A stretch of DNA of 64,000 nt, from the NCBI RefSeq assembly GCF_009914755.1, contig NC_060936.1; one strand, written 5' to 3'. The position numbers and the translations under genes are program-made. Positions 1 through 49,553 of the stretch are shown piece after piece; position 1 is the stretch's first letter, and the number at the start of each line of letters is the position of its first letter. The stretch comes from the human T2T-CHM13v2.0 reference genome, Homo sapiens. The notes beneath the pieces are model-generated. The model made no database searches. It was not told the DNA's origin and was given only the letters and a program-made list of their open reading frames with translations.

Positions 1-1325
1 TGGCATTCTTCCTGTTATTCTGGTACCAGAAACCAGGTTACTAGTGGTAATCTGCCTTGAAGAATGCCTCTGAGCTGTAAATGGACCTGGAGATTTTAAT
101 GGCTTTGAAAATTGAGGTGATTTGAAGCCTTCAGTAAAACCACTTAGAGAAATTAAAAGAATTTCAGGGCCCGTTGGCTGGATTCCTTGGTTTATATGGC
201 TTCATTGGAAGTCTAGTGGGTGCTCTTGACAGGAACGCTTTGGATTTATTAATGATAGGCTTTCAAATCATAGTAAAACTGTGTGTCAGCCACTATGGTA
301 GGCATTTTACAGAAGTTTTCTTTCTTAATCCTCATGATTCTATGAGGAAGTATGGTAGAATATTAGTCCTGTTTCACAGAAAAGAAAATAGAGGCTTAGC
401 AGTGTTAAGAGTGATTTGTCCAAGTAAATTTTTATGAAGTCCTAGGCGGTATTTTTCAATAAGCTTTGTATAATCACACTTAGCAAGCAGATAACTTACT
501 GGCATGTGCATCATTCCTGATACCACCTCTCTCTTCCTTTCATTCAGAATTACTAATTTCAGCTGGATTCAATTTGTTGTCAGTTGATTCTGTAGTAAGG
601 CCATATGTTGCCCCTCTGGAGGTGCTTGTCAACTACTCTGGATGATGGGTAAGCAACTTGCTTGTGATTACAGCATGAATCAGCAGCAGAAACTTGCTGA
701 CTGGTATTCTGACCTCTAGGCCGAGCCACCTGTTAGAACTAGAGCTAGAAATGAAGACGCCAAGTAATTTAACTGTGAAAAACTTGTGGCCCTTAATTTG
801 GTAATGGGGGGAGGCTGAGATATACCTACTGCTACTTGGTGGAGACCTTTCCATTAGGGAAATGTGGAACAACTGAGAAGCTGGGTTAAGTTTTTAAGTC
901 ATTTATTTGTCGACTCTGGAGCCTGAGTTTAGTGGTCTTGTCCATTTTGGAATGTGTCTTGACAGTAGTTCTTGGCAGTTGTTCTCAGTGGTGGCTGTGC
1001 ATCAGAATCTCCTCAGGAACTTTTTTTTTTCCCTCAAGACAGTCTTGCTCTGTCACCCAGGCTGGAGTTCAGTGGCGCGATCTCAGCTCACTTTAACCTC
1101 TGCCTTCCCGGTTTAAGCAATTCTTCTGCCTCAGCCTCCTGAGTAGCTGGATTGCAGGTGTCCACCACCACACCAGCCTAATTTTTGTATTTTTGGTAGA
1201 GATGGGTTTCGCCATGTTGGCCAGGCTGGTCTCAAACTCCTGACCTCATGAGGAACTTAAAAAAAAAAAAATAGGGGTGTGTGGGGCCCCTTCCTAGGAA
1301 TTTATTATCTTTTTTTTTTTTGTAG

Positions 1326-1466
<141 letters not shown>

Positions 1467-2032
1467 TGAACCCGTGGGTCCTGGGCATTCATAATTTAAA
1501 AAGTCTGTGCAAGTGATTCTGGTGTGCAGCCAGGATTGAGAACCACCACTCTGAGATTTAAAACTTCACCCATAGTTCCTTCTCCCAGGAACTTGATATT
1601 TTTTGTTTTCCAAAATCTAAAGTGGATCATCTTATCACTCCTGTTCTACCCTCGAGTTTTTCCCATGTATATCCTGGCAAGTTGTCCACAAAACATTTCA
1701 AAAATAATACTCTGAATTTTATCTCTGGGTCCCAGGCCTGATGGTACCTTCAACCTTTAGCTGCCTTTTGCCTGGGTCTAGAGATAAGAGCCAGTCTCTC
1801 ACTTGACATATCTGTCTTCATACCCTTAGGTAACTGGAAGACGAGAAACGAGTTGATTTTGGCAACTAAAATCACTAATCATGATGTGGTCAGTTGTTAT
1901 GTGTTTTGGAAATGAGCAGTTTACTGTCTTATCAGTGAGCATTTCTGTAAGCATTATGAAACTGTTTCCTTGCCAGTGTGGTAATAAGTGAAGAAATGAA
2001 GACAGCCTTCTTGCTGAGTGCCAGTTTACTTT

Positions 2033-7012
<4,980 letters not shown>

Positions 7013-7565
7013 TAGAGCTCAACTTCTTTTGTTCTGTCAATTTAACAGCTTCTGAATTTGACCTCTAGAGCTTCTGTAAACACAGTTTTGCTGTTAATGC
7101 CTTTTGAATATATTTGCTAAGGCCTAGGACAACCCCTTGTAGTATAGAATCTGGTTATGTTATAGTAATTTAAAAAGGAATCTCTTCTGTCCTGTTACCA
7201 GGTAAAATACTTTTCCTTAATACAGAATGCCTGTTTCATTTCCTGTAACTTTATCTGACTGAACTTTTACAAGGACAGTGGTTAAGCTGTGTAAAGTAAA
7301 GACATTATGGATTGAGAATCCATGTGGTTTGATCTACGCTGTGTTTGTTTTGAGGGAGGGGACCCGTTAGGCTTCATTATTGCAAGAAAAAAACACTCTA
7401 CTATGTGTTGTCTTGCTCAAAGCACTCATGCTCTGGCCCAAACCCAGATTCCTGAAGGTGGTCAAAGGGCCTATTCACCCTTATTTTTTGCTGGGAGGTG
7501 GAGGGCAGTTGGCTAAGTGAATGTATCAGCTTCTTAAGACGTTCTTTTGTGTTTCTTGCTTTCAG

Positions 7566-37795
<30,230 letters not shown>

Positions 37796-38720
37796 CACTA
37801 CTGGCCCAGGCTACCTTCTCCATCTGGTTTTTGTTTTTGTTTTTTTTTCCCCCATGCTTTTGTTTGGCTGCTGTAATTTTTAAGTATTTGAGTTTGAACA
37901 GATTAGCTCTGGGGGGAGGGGGTTTCCACAATGTGAGGGGGAACCAAGAAAATTTTAAATACAGTGTATTTTCCAGCTTCCTGTCTTTACACCAAAATAA
38001 AGTATTGACACAAGAGATCTCTTCCTGCCAAGGTTTTTAGTTCATTGCCAGTTTAGTCTTTTTGACCCATGTGTAATTAATTTTTCTCAACCCAAAGTAA
38101 GATTGAGTCCCCTTTGAGATGCATTAGAGCAGTCCAACCCAGAATGGCACACACTGCTCTGCTGTACCATCATGTCAGGGCTTCCTGGACTCAGTACACC
38201 TCTCAGTTTGTCTTTTAAAAAACAGCTGAATCTTTACTACCTATTTAGTTCTCCTTGTTAAAGAAACAGGGGTGGGAATAAAATGGATTTAGGACACCCA
38301 GTTTGAATTGCAGTTTTTTTTTTTCTGACACATGGCCAGGCTGTGGTGCCAGCTTAATGGAGTAGGCTGTCCTTGGCACTTGCATGTGTGAAAGGAGGGT
38401 TTTGCCTCTTCTTGAGCATGGCTTGAGTTGGTAAGGAAAGCTGTAACTCACGAAGCCCTGAGACCTGCTACCCCTAAGATCGAGCTTGTTTTCAGTGACT
38501 GGCTTGAGTCATAGGAGGAGGAGTCTGGTACAGCTGCAGGAGAGCAGGGCCATCTGAAGCGGTAGCATTGCCACCATCTCCCTCTCATCTAGAGCAGTTT
38601 TCTTATGCCTTGGTTTGAGCTGAATTTGATGTGAATTCTTTTGCTGCTTAATAAAGTGACCTCTAGGTGCATTAGAATGCGAAGGCAAATAGTTGCAATA
38701 AATCACCTGCACAAGCATTG
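37796..38720 (+). terminator. RNF10: RNF10 3'UTR with tandem polyadenylation signals
   Basis: AATAAA at 37996, 38277, 38650 and 38697; U/GU-rich tract just after ~38720. The end coordinate is inferred. Confidence 0.75.
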
Positions 38721-39263
38721 TGAGCTTTTTGTTTTTTTAAGTTCATTACAGGTAAGCTAGACAAGTTATTTCTTGAATAGGTTAACGTGACAGCTACTAT
38801 GATATTGTAGGCTGTCTTTTCTGGTGTCAGGTTTAAATGGTTCTAGAGCTGGGCTTAGCTTTAACCTGCCATTTTAAAAGAAATCCTATCAGGAAATTTC
38901 CTGGATGGATGAGGGTGTTCTGGCCTCCAGATGAGGGGGCATGTTGAAGCCAGAATCACCAGTGTTTCTGTTAAATGTGTATGGTACTTTCAGTCTCATC
39001 CATTGTATTATGGAGAAAACAGATCCCAGAAATGTCAGTAGGTAGCAGATCAAACCTGGATCACAAGTCTCCCGCCATTCCTACTTCCTGTGAGTATGGC
39101 AGTCTGACTTGTCTTCAGGGCGCCTTGTATTCAGGCGCAATAAGAAGAGCGGAACTACAAAAACTACCTTAAGTTCCTTAAGTGGACAGCTGCTACATGA
39201 CCATGCAGTAATGATGTCAGATGAGGCCAGCACCCGCGCCGCCCCCCAACTGCAAAGGTTGCA

Positions 39264-40047
<784 letters not shown>

Positions 40048-40197
40048 TCAAAAAAAAAAGTTTAACTAGTACCACATAGGGAGTCAGTCTTCCCACCAAG
40101 GCTAGGGATAGAGAGAGAACAGAGACTTGGCCAAGCATGGACTCCATAAGCCCTTTCTGTAATATAAGTATGCTAAATGCCACGGAAACCAGATACA

Positions 40198-40203
40198 TTT
40201 ATT
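40198..40203 (-). terminator. POP5: POP5 polyadenylation signal
   Basis: tttatt (AATAAA on the - strand) about 250 nt past the POP5 stop codon. Confidence 0.75.
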
Positions 40204-40450
40204 AAATCTACTCTTAGCCAAGCAATAAAGATGTCTACAGAGTTCACAACCTGCAACACTTCACCAGGGAATGCTAGGTAAAGGCAACTTCAGTTTAACT
40301 GAGTACTCCATTTCAAGTGGGTAATGTCTGCTGGTTGGCAGCTATCCAGTTTGGAAAACTGTGGAAGATGCTGTTGCTACCCAGATTGTTCTGTTCAACA
40401 AGTGGGCCTGAAGCCTGAGCAGTGTAGCCAGCTGTGTGGGGAGCAGAGGT

Positions 40451-40545
40451 TCACTCCATTGCTTCTGCAGCCTCCTCACCTGACTCCTCCTCCTCCTCTA
40501 GTAAGCAGCTTCTTGTCACAGACTTCTGGATAGCTTCCCGCTCTC
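40451..40545 (-). CDS. POP5: POP5 exon 5, coding part
   Basis: ctccag|GAGAGCGG...GAG TGA; [30 protein letters not shown]. Confidence 0.95.
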
Positions 40546-42495
40546 CTGGAGAAGGCAGATAACAGGGATGAAAGATATCTTTGGGAGTGATTTTTTCAGC
40601 TTAAGGTCAGTCACTGCTCAGTGGGCACTGGGCTAGTGTTGCTTACCTTCATCAGTGCAGTTCTGCAACAAGATCAACAGCTGTCTCCTGTTGTACTGAA
40701 TTAGGAACTTCTGACATGTTCTTATTGTACCTGGCATATGAGTTACTGTGGTCAACAGCTTGTGAAAGGTCTCGACCTTACAGACTTTCAGAGGTAGGGG
40801 GAAGTGTCTTGTTAGCGGGACAGCAGCAAGACCCACCCACCAGTTTAGACTGAACTGTGAACGTGTCACCAATTGAAAATCAGTAGCCATACCACCTCAC
40901 TCCTACCTCCCACATGTAATGTGTTGAAAAAGCATGGGTAACGGTGTCCTTTGTTCTCCAAGTATGTGATGAAGGGAAGAGCTGACCACACAAGCTGATA
41001 GAATTCTTTTCTGCATCGAAGTAGCACTATTCCAGTATAGGCATTGAGATATCGAACTACAACAGGAAAGAAAAATCATTTTGGAAAACTTTTGCTCTGT
41101 GTGGTGGCTCACGCCTGTAATCCCAGCACTTTGGGAGGCTGAGGCGGGCAGATCACTTTAAGTCAGGAGTTCGAGGCCAGCCTGGCCAACATGATGAAAC
41201 CCCGTCTCTACTAAAAATACAAAAATTAGCTGGGTGTGGTGGTGCGCACCTGTAATTCCAGCCACTCAGGAGGCTGAGGCATGAGAATCGCCTGAACCCA
41301 GGAGGCAGAGGCAGCAATGACCCCCGATCTCGCTGCTGCACTCCAGCAGCCTGGGCAACAGCCAGACTGTCTCGAAAAAAGGAAAACTTTAGAGTAACAG
41401 AGCCTACTATGTGCCAAAAGTATGTTGTAGGCAAGTGGCACGTAGATCTATCAGCGAGTAAAAGAGAAAAGCCAAAACACCCACTGTGTTGCACACCACT
41501 CAGAACTGGTGAATGAATTTAGAATTGAAAATGCTTTCTAATTCACTAGTTAATTCAATAAATAGGAGCAGGTAGGAGGCGATCCGTTTTAATTTAGGAA
41601 AAACCCCCACAAAACCCTTGCCTGAAAAACAGGCTGTTTTACTGCATTTGGGCTCCGTAATTATTGTAGCAGTCAGCTCTCAGTCTCACCTGACTTAGGA
41701 GAGTTAAGTCTATCTGCATTTAACTCTCCAGAAGTCAATCTCAAACAAGGTAAAAGTGGGAACTAATTTAAGTGGTGTGAAAGAAGGGCCCCTCTGTCCT
41801 AGCTCATCCTGTATTTACATATATTGACAATCATGTGTTCTGTACTTTACCAACTATTTAAGGGCTTTCCCGGAGTACTTTTGACAATTTTTTTCCATAT
41901 GATGTTAATGTAATCGGTCATATAATAGCTCTTACTAGGAAGTATACACAGCTTCCCTCATTTAATTCTCTACCCTATCAAATTCAATCACAACCAATTA
42001 CAGAAATTACCTGTCAAGCAGGTAAAAAGAGGCTTCTAGCTCAAAGCCCCACTGCCTTCGGGCCCCTCCTTTTAGCGCTCTGCTAATTTCGGACTCTCGC
42101 TTGGGGTCCCAGGCGCTTAAAGAGATACCTTACAAAAAACGGTGCACGGGCTTGGCCACTCGTGCCCCTTCTTTCTTCCTCCGGCGCCTGCTCCCTCCAC
42201 ATCCCGCCATCCTCCCGGGTTCCCCTCTTCCCCCAGCGCCCTTGCACCCGCGAAGCCGATGGAGCAGGCGGCTGCGCCGAAAGTTCCGTGCACCCTGGCG
42301 ATCGTGTCCCGTACGAGGCTGCTCAGAACTCGGTCATCGAGGCTTAGGCGGCAGCGGGGGTCGTCAGACACCAGTTCGCAGAGCAGGTACCTGCGGCAGG
42401 CGAGAGGAAGGTGGACACTAGCGGGGCCGCGAGGACCCAGCAAGGCACTGGGAGGGTCTGGAAGGGAATGCTTACCTGTGCTTGAACCGCACCAT
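40451..42495 (-). CDS. POP5: POP5, RNase P/MRP protein subunit, 163 aa, 5 exons
   Basis: Exons of 20+143+150+84+95 = 492 nt, all [33 protein letters not shown]...[20 protein letters not shown]...EEAAEAME*; Kozak GCAGCCATGG. Confidence 0.97.
40647..40730 (-). CDS. POP5: POP5 exon 4
   Basis: tgccag|GTACAAT...GAAG|gtaagc; [27 protein letters not shown]. Confidence 0.95.
40907..41056 (-). CDS. POP5: POP5 exon 3 (150 nt, symmetric phase 1-1)
   Basis: ttgtag|TTCGATAT...GGGAG|gtagga; [28 protein letters not shown]...LHVG. Confidence 0.95.
42248..42390 (-). CDS. POP5: POP5 exon 2
   Basis: ccgcag|GTACCTG...GCGG|gtgcaa; [13 protein letters not shown]...CSIGFA. Confidence 0.93.
42476..42495 (-). CDS. 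POP5: POP5 exon 1, coding part
   Basis: ATG GTG CGG TTC AAG CAC AG|gtaagc. Confidence 0.95.
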
Positions 42496-43214
42496 GGCTG
42501 CCTCCGCGCTCTCCGGTCCGGCGTGCAAACCGGATGTGAATTCTGTCCGCTGCCAATGGGAAGCTTGCTTCCGCAGCCTTTCAGCCATTCAGAGAAGGAG
42601 ACAGGATATTAGGGCGGAGCTAGAAAGTTGAGAGGCCGAAGTCTGTCAGCTCCCTCAAGCCCCGCCCAACTGCGTTTGTAAGCGCGCATGCGTCCTGCGG
42701 AGGGTCACTGACTAGTTTGAGGGCTGAACCCCGGGATGGAGCGCCTTGCAGCTGTAATGGATGGTTCTGTTGCACACTGAAGTTTACAATAGTGTGTAGG
42801 ATGTAGCCGCTACCCTTGGGGCCCTGGGAACCTTGCACCACAGTTATGTATGCGAGTATATTCTCTCCCCAAGGTGAACGGTGGAGCTTTTGAGGGCAAG
42901 ACCCTGCACCTCACAGCCCAGGCATTGACAAACGGGAAATCGGACTTTTATTTTCAGGTTTGAGCTCAGTTTAATTCTTCCATACAGCTAAATATGCTAT
43001 TGCTGTTTGGGCCTTTCAGCAATCTTAGGGAGGCGAGTGTGCCGTCTCGTTTTTTGCTCGCAGAAACAATACGTGGTCATTGTATTTTCCATTTCCGTTT
43101 ACCTTTTTTTTTTGACAGAAAAGCACAAAGAAGCAAATAAATTATAATCCCAGCACTGAGAGAGAATAACTGTTGTCGTGTAGTGTGTTTTCTTCTGTCA
43201 TTTTCTCCCTGCGC

Positions 43215-43536
43215 CAGTGGTTCTCAAAGTGCCGTCTGGGGACCACTGAGATTTCCTAAATTCACTCGATTTGGGAGTCCCCGAAGTCAAAATTACTTTC
43301 ATAATAATGCTAAGATGTTACTTGTCTTTTTCATTCTCTCTGAGTGAACAGTCAAGTTTTCCAGAGGCTGCTTGACGTGATGACGTCACTGCTCTAGGAA
43401 TTGTGTATTGTTTTTTAAACGTTTCTCAACTTTAATGTCCATAGTAAATATAACCCACAAAACTAAAAGCTCTTGGGCACCCTCAGTAACGTGTGTAAAG
43501 GGGTCCTGAGACAGAGAAAACAGCTTGAGAACTATG
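43215..43536. mobile_element. hAT-Charlie non-autonomous DNA transposon (Charlie1-like derivative)
   Basis: Terminal inverted repeats CAGTGGTTCTCAA ... TTGAGAACTATG; degenerate 8-bp flanks ccctgcgc / ccctctgt. Confidence 0.7.
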
Positions 43537-43956
43537 CCCTCTGTTAAATTATGTTTTTTCTTTTATTTTTAAGTATTTTAAAAAAAATGTCTTATGGGGT
43601 ATTACATAAAGTACATATTCTTAAGTGTATTCATCTCAATGAATTTTTACATATGGATAGACTTCTATAACCACCTCCAAGATTAAAATAAAGAGCATTT
43701 CCAGTATCCCAGAAGGTTCCCTGAGCCCTCTTCCAGTCAAATTGCTTACTGCTATCAGCCACTGTTACCACTTCTACCCTGCTAGATTAATTTTGCCTGT
43801 TCTTAAACTTTATATAAATGCAGCCAGGAGGCTGGCTGCAACCTCTGCCTCCTGAGTTCAAGCGATTCTCCTGCCTCAGCCTCCCGAGTAGCTGGGATTA
43901 CAGGCACCTGCCACCACGACCAGCTAATTTTTGTATTTATTTATTTAGTTTTTTGA

Positions 43957-44313
<357 letters not shown>

Positions 44314-44697
44314 TGAAGTTGGTCAGTATCCCTTTGGTAGACGTTTACATTATTTCTAGATTTTCTTGTTATACCCAATACTTTGATGCATGGCTTTGTA
44401 GCTTAGTCTTTATGCCCATCCCTGATTATTTGTAGAAGTGTCTTGGCCTTGGCTGGTCCTGTGAGGTCCGTAATGGGGGCAGCTTTCACAACCTATTTTT
44501 GCAAGATCTGGAATGAGTTCTGAATTTTCCCATCTCCCACTCTTCTTGGCCACCTTAAAGGAGGGATGTGGGGGAAGGTAGGGAAGAAAAGAATAGGAAG
44601 AGGGAACGCCGTGGCCCTGCCAAGGGACCAGTGACAGTGACGGCACTCCCCACCCAAGAACAACTTTTCACCAGAAAGTGTCTGCGACATCCTCCTT

Positions 44698-44716
44698 TGG
44701 CCAACAGGGGGCGCCA
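44698..44716 (+). promoter_or_regulatory. CTCF-binding motif
   Basis: TGGCCAACAGGGGGCGCCA, a close match to the CTCF core consensus TGGCCACCAGGGGGCGCTA, in non-repeat sequence. Confidence 0.8.
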
Positions 44717-45287
44717 GAGGTCCGCAGTGCGCGGAGAGAGCAAGACACCCCCAACTCCTGAGCGCTCCACCCCTCATAGAAATTTCACTCCTAACACTTC
44801 CCAGCCTTCATTTCAACAGCAATGCTTCGCCCATTTTATAGATGCAGTTGGGGCTCAGACCAAAGCCTCGTATCCAGTTAGGAGCAGGATCAGAATTCGA
44901 ACCCAAAGCCAGCTGACTCCTTGTTCTGGTCAACACGGTTGGTGCTCTCCCATGCAGGATTTCACTCGTCCATTTAGTGTAATAAGATGGAGAGACGACA
45001 GATGGAGGTTCGATTCGCTACTCCGTCATTTACTGGCCCGGCCAGGTGCTGTCAGGAGGGTTAATTCATGTCTCAGATCTTAGTTTCCTCATCTGTGCAA
45101 TGGGATAACAATGGTTCCTCCCTCGTGGGTGGATATGAAGTTTAAGCGGGGTCATGTGGACAAAATGCCTGGCACAGCGAGTGCATAGTAAGCCCTTTTT
45201 TTGTTTTTGTTTTTTTTGTTTTGTTTGTTTTTTGAGACTGATTTTTAAGACTGTCTTAAAAACAAGAAAAGAAAAAAGAAAATATAG

Positions 45288-45452
<165 letters not shown>

Positions 45453-45472
45453 TAATTTTGTATTTTTAGTAG

Positions 45473-45604
<132 letters not shown>

Positions 45605-45639
45605 TGATTTACTTTTCCCCCACAGGCACAGCCCCGGGA

Positions 45640-46070
45640 GGAAGCACATTGGCACGGCCCGCGGCCTCCCAGTCTTGGACCAGGCCCGGCCCCTTCTGGC
45701 CCAGGAGGGTGCAGACGCCGGCGGTGGCCGGGCGGGCGGGCTCCCCGCGGTAATTAGCGCGCGCCGGCTCGGGCTGCGCCAGCCGCTAATTATAAGTCTC
45801 CTAATGAGGCCGGCGGCTGTTTGCAATCACCCGGGTCCCCGCTGCGCGGCGCGGGAGGCTGCGGGGGAATCCGCCCGCGGAGGCATGGAGGAGGAGCGGC
45901 CGTCTTCCCCGGGGCCCGGAGATCCGCTGGACGGCGACGGGGTGTGCCCCGGCCGTGCCCGCCGCCGGAATGCCGGCCGCGAAGGGGCAGCGGCGGGGGC
46001 TCACACCCCAACCCCTCCTCGGTTCTCTCCCCAGCCGGGCCGCAGAGCCATTATCCTCCCCAGGTGAGGA
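45640..46070. promoter_or_regulatory. Orphan CpG island with a homeodomain motif cluster
   Basis: Very high GC and CpG content; TAATTA at 45751 and 45787, TAATGA at 45802, TATAAG at 45791. Confidence 0.8.
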
Positions 46071-46179
46071 AGCCGATGAGGCTCTGAGAGGTGAGCTCAC
46101 CCAGGTGCGACATCACAACTCACCCAGGTGCACAATAGAGCCCAATCCACGTCTGTCTGACCCCAGCCTGTGCCCTTAG

Positions 46180-46479
<300 letters not shown>

Positions 46480-47760
46480 TAGCCAGGATGCTCTCCATCT
46501 CCTGACCTCGTGATCCACCCACCTTGGCCTCCCAAAGTGCTAGGATTACAGGCGTGAGCCACCGCGACCGGCCTTTTTTTTTTTTTTTCTGAGACAGGAT
46601 CTCACTCTGTCCCACAGGCTTGAGGGCAGTAGCTCCATCTTGGCTCACCGCAACCTCTGCCTCCTAGGTTCAAGCGATTCTCCTGCCTCAGCCTCCTGAG
46701 TAGCTGGGACTACAGGTGCCCACCACTATACCTGGCTATTTTTTGTATTTTTAGCAGAGATGGGGTTTTGCCATGTTGGCCGGGCTGGTCTCGAACTCCT
46801 GGCCTCATGTGATCTGCCTGTCTGGGCCTCCCAAAGTGCTGGGATTACAGGTGTGAGCCACCGTGTCCAGCCGGGATCACTGTCTTTATTCTTCATCCGT
46901 GTCTCCTGGGTGATCATTAATTGGGCTCTCCCAGTGTGCTGGCCACTGTCTTTTCTGGGTTTGATTGATTGAGTCCTCACATCAGCCTCATGAAGTTAGG
47001 ACCCATTATCCTCTGAGACACAGGGAGGAAAATGGCTTGCCCAAGTTGACACAGTAAATTTGGGTGGACATCTGTCTTACCCTAAAACCTGTGCTCTTAA
47101 CCCCTTGCTCTCTACTCTGTATTCGGGGACCTAGAAAGATGCTGAGGAAGGAGAGCGCAACTGGGGTACCATTCTGAGGTGACTTTGGCATCCGAGGGGT
47201 TTCTGTCAGAGCCCAGATGCTGCTGTTGTGGATGGTGGCAAAGGGAAACTGTATCTGCTCCAGCATTTTATTAAGCAGCCACTGCTCGTAAGAGGCTCCT
47301 ACTCCTCGAATCTTAACCAATTTTCTGTAAAACCCTTATGGGGACAATCTAGATGAAATTAAACCCTCCATCTGCTTAGCCAGGGGCTTGGGGAGCCGCC
47401 GCATCCTCCAGGTTGCTGGGACAGATGCAGCCCTCCCTGGACTTCAGTCAAAACATTGCATCTTGCTCCTCCTTTGTCCTCGCTGCCCTGTGAACCTCTT
47501 TCCCTGTCCCTGCCTGCTGTGAGAATTCGCTCATCCAAAAATTAATTGAAATTACAAGGGCTCTACTGTTTGACCCAGCAATTTCTCCACCAGCAATTTC
47601 TCCCACAGAGATTGTCGCATTTGTGCCAAATGACAGGTGAATGAGGATGTGTCTTGCTTGCAGCATCGTTGGTTATAGCAAAAGGCCACCTCAGTGTTTA
47701 CCAGAAGGGGTCCACTGTATGTGTGTATTTATCGGACAACTATGGGCCAGGGAATGTTCA

Positions 47761-48110
<350 letters not shown>

Positions 48111-48435
48111 TTAATCCTGACAACTACCCTATAAAGTAGGTACTTGGTTTTATTAACCCCATTTTACAGATGAGGAAACTGAGGCTCAGGGAGAACAAAC
48201 TGTTGGCCTAAGCTTCACGTAGCTTGTCCACAGCAGGGCCAGAATTTGGATCAGGCAGTCCATGTTCTTAACCACTGTTCTATATGGCTTCTCTGCCTTT
48301 ATTTGCATCGAAAATTTCCAAAGGGTGACCCAAGAAGCTGTTGATGGTGGTTACCTCTGGGGAGAGGAATTCAGGTGTGAAGTAGGAAGGCCTTAGTTTC
48401 TACCATGTCCTCTGTTTTTCCATTTTATTTTGCCA

Positions 48436-49553
<1,118 letters not shown>

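Larger units (their letters stand above)
42090..42750 (-). promoter_or_regulatory. POP5: POP5 CpG island and TATA-less promoter
   Basis: CpG-rich over exons 1-2. GC boxes at ~42612 (GGGCGG) and ~42660 (CCCGCCC), NRF1-like GCGCATGCGT at 42684-42693, ETS-like CCGGAT at ~42530. Confidence 0.85.

Noticed and set aside
42101-42612. Overlapping + strand ORFs of 106-156 aa
   Set aside because: Antisense shadows of GC-rich POP5 exons 1-2, where stop codons are depleted.
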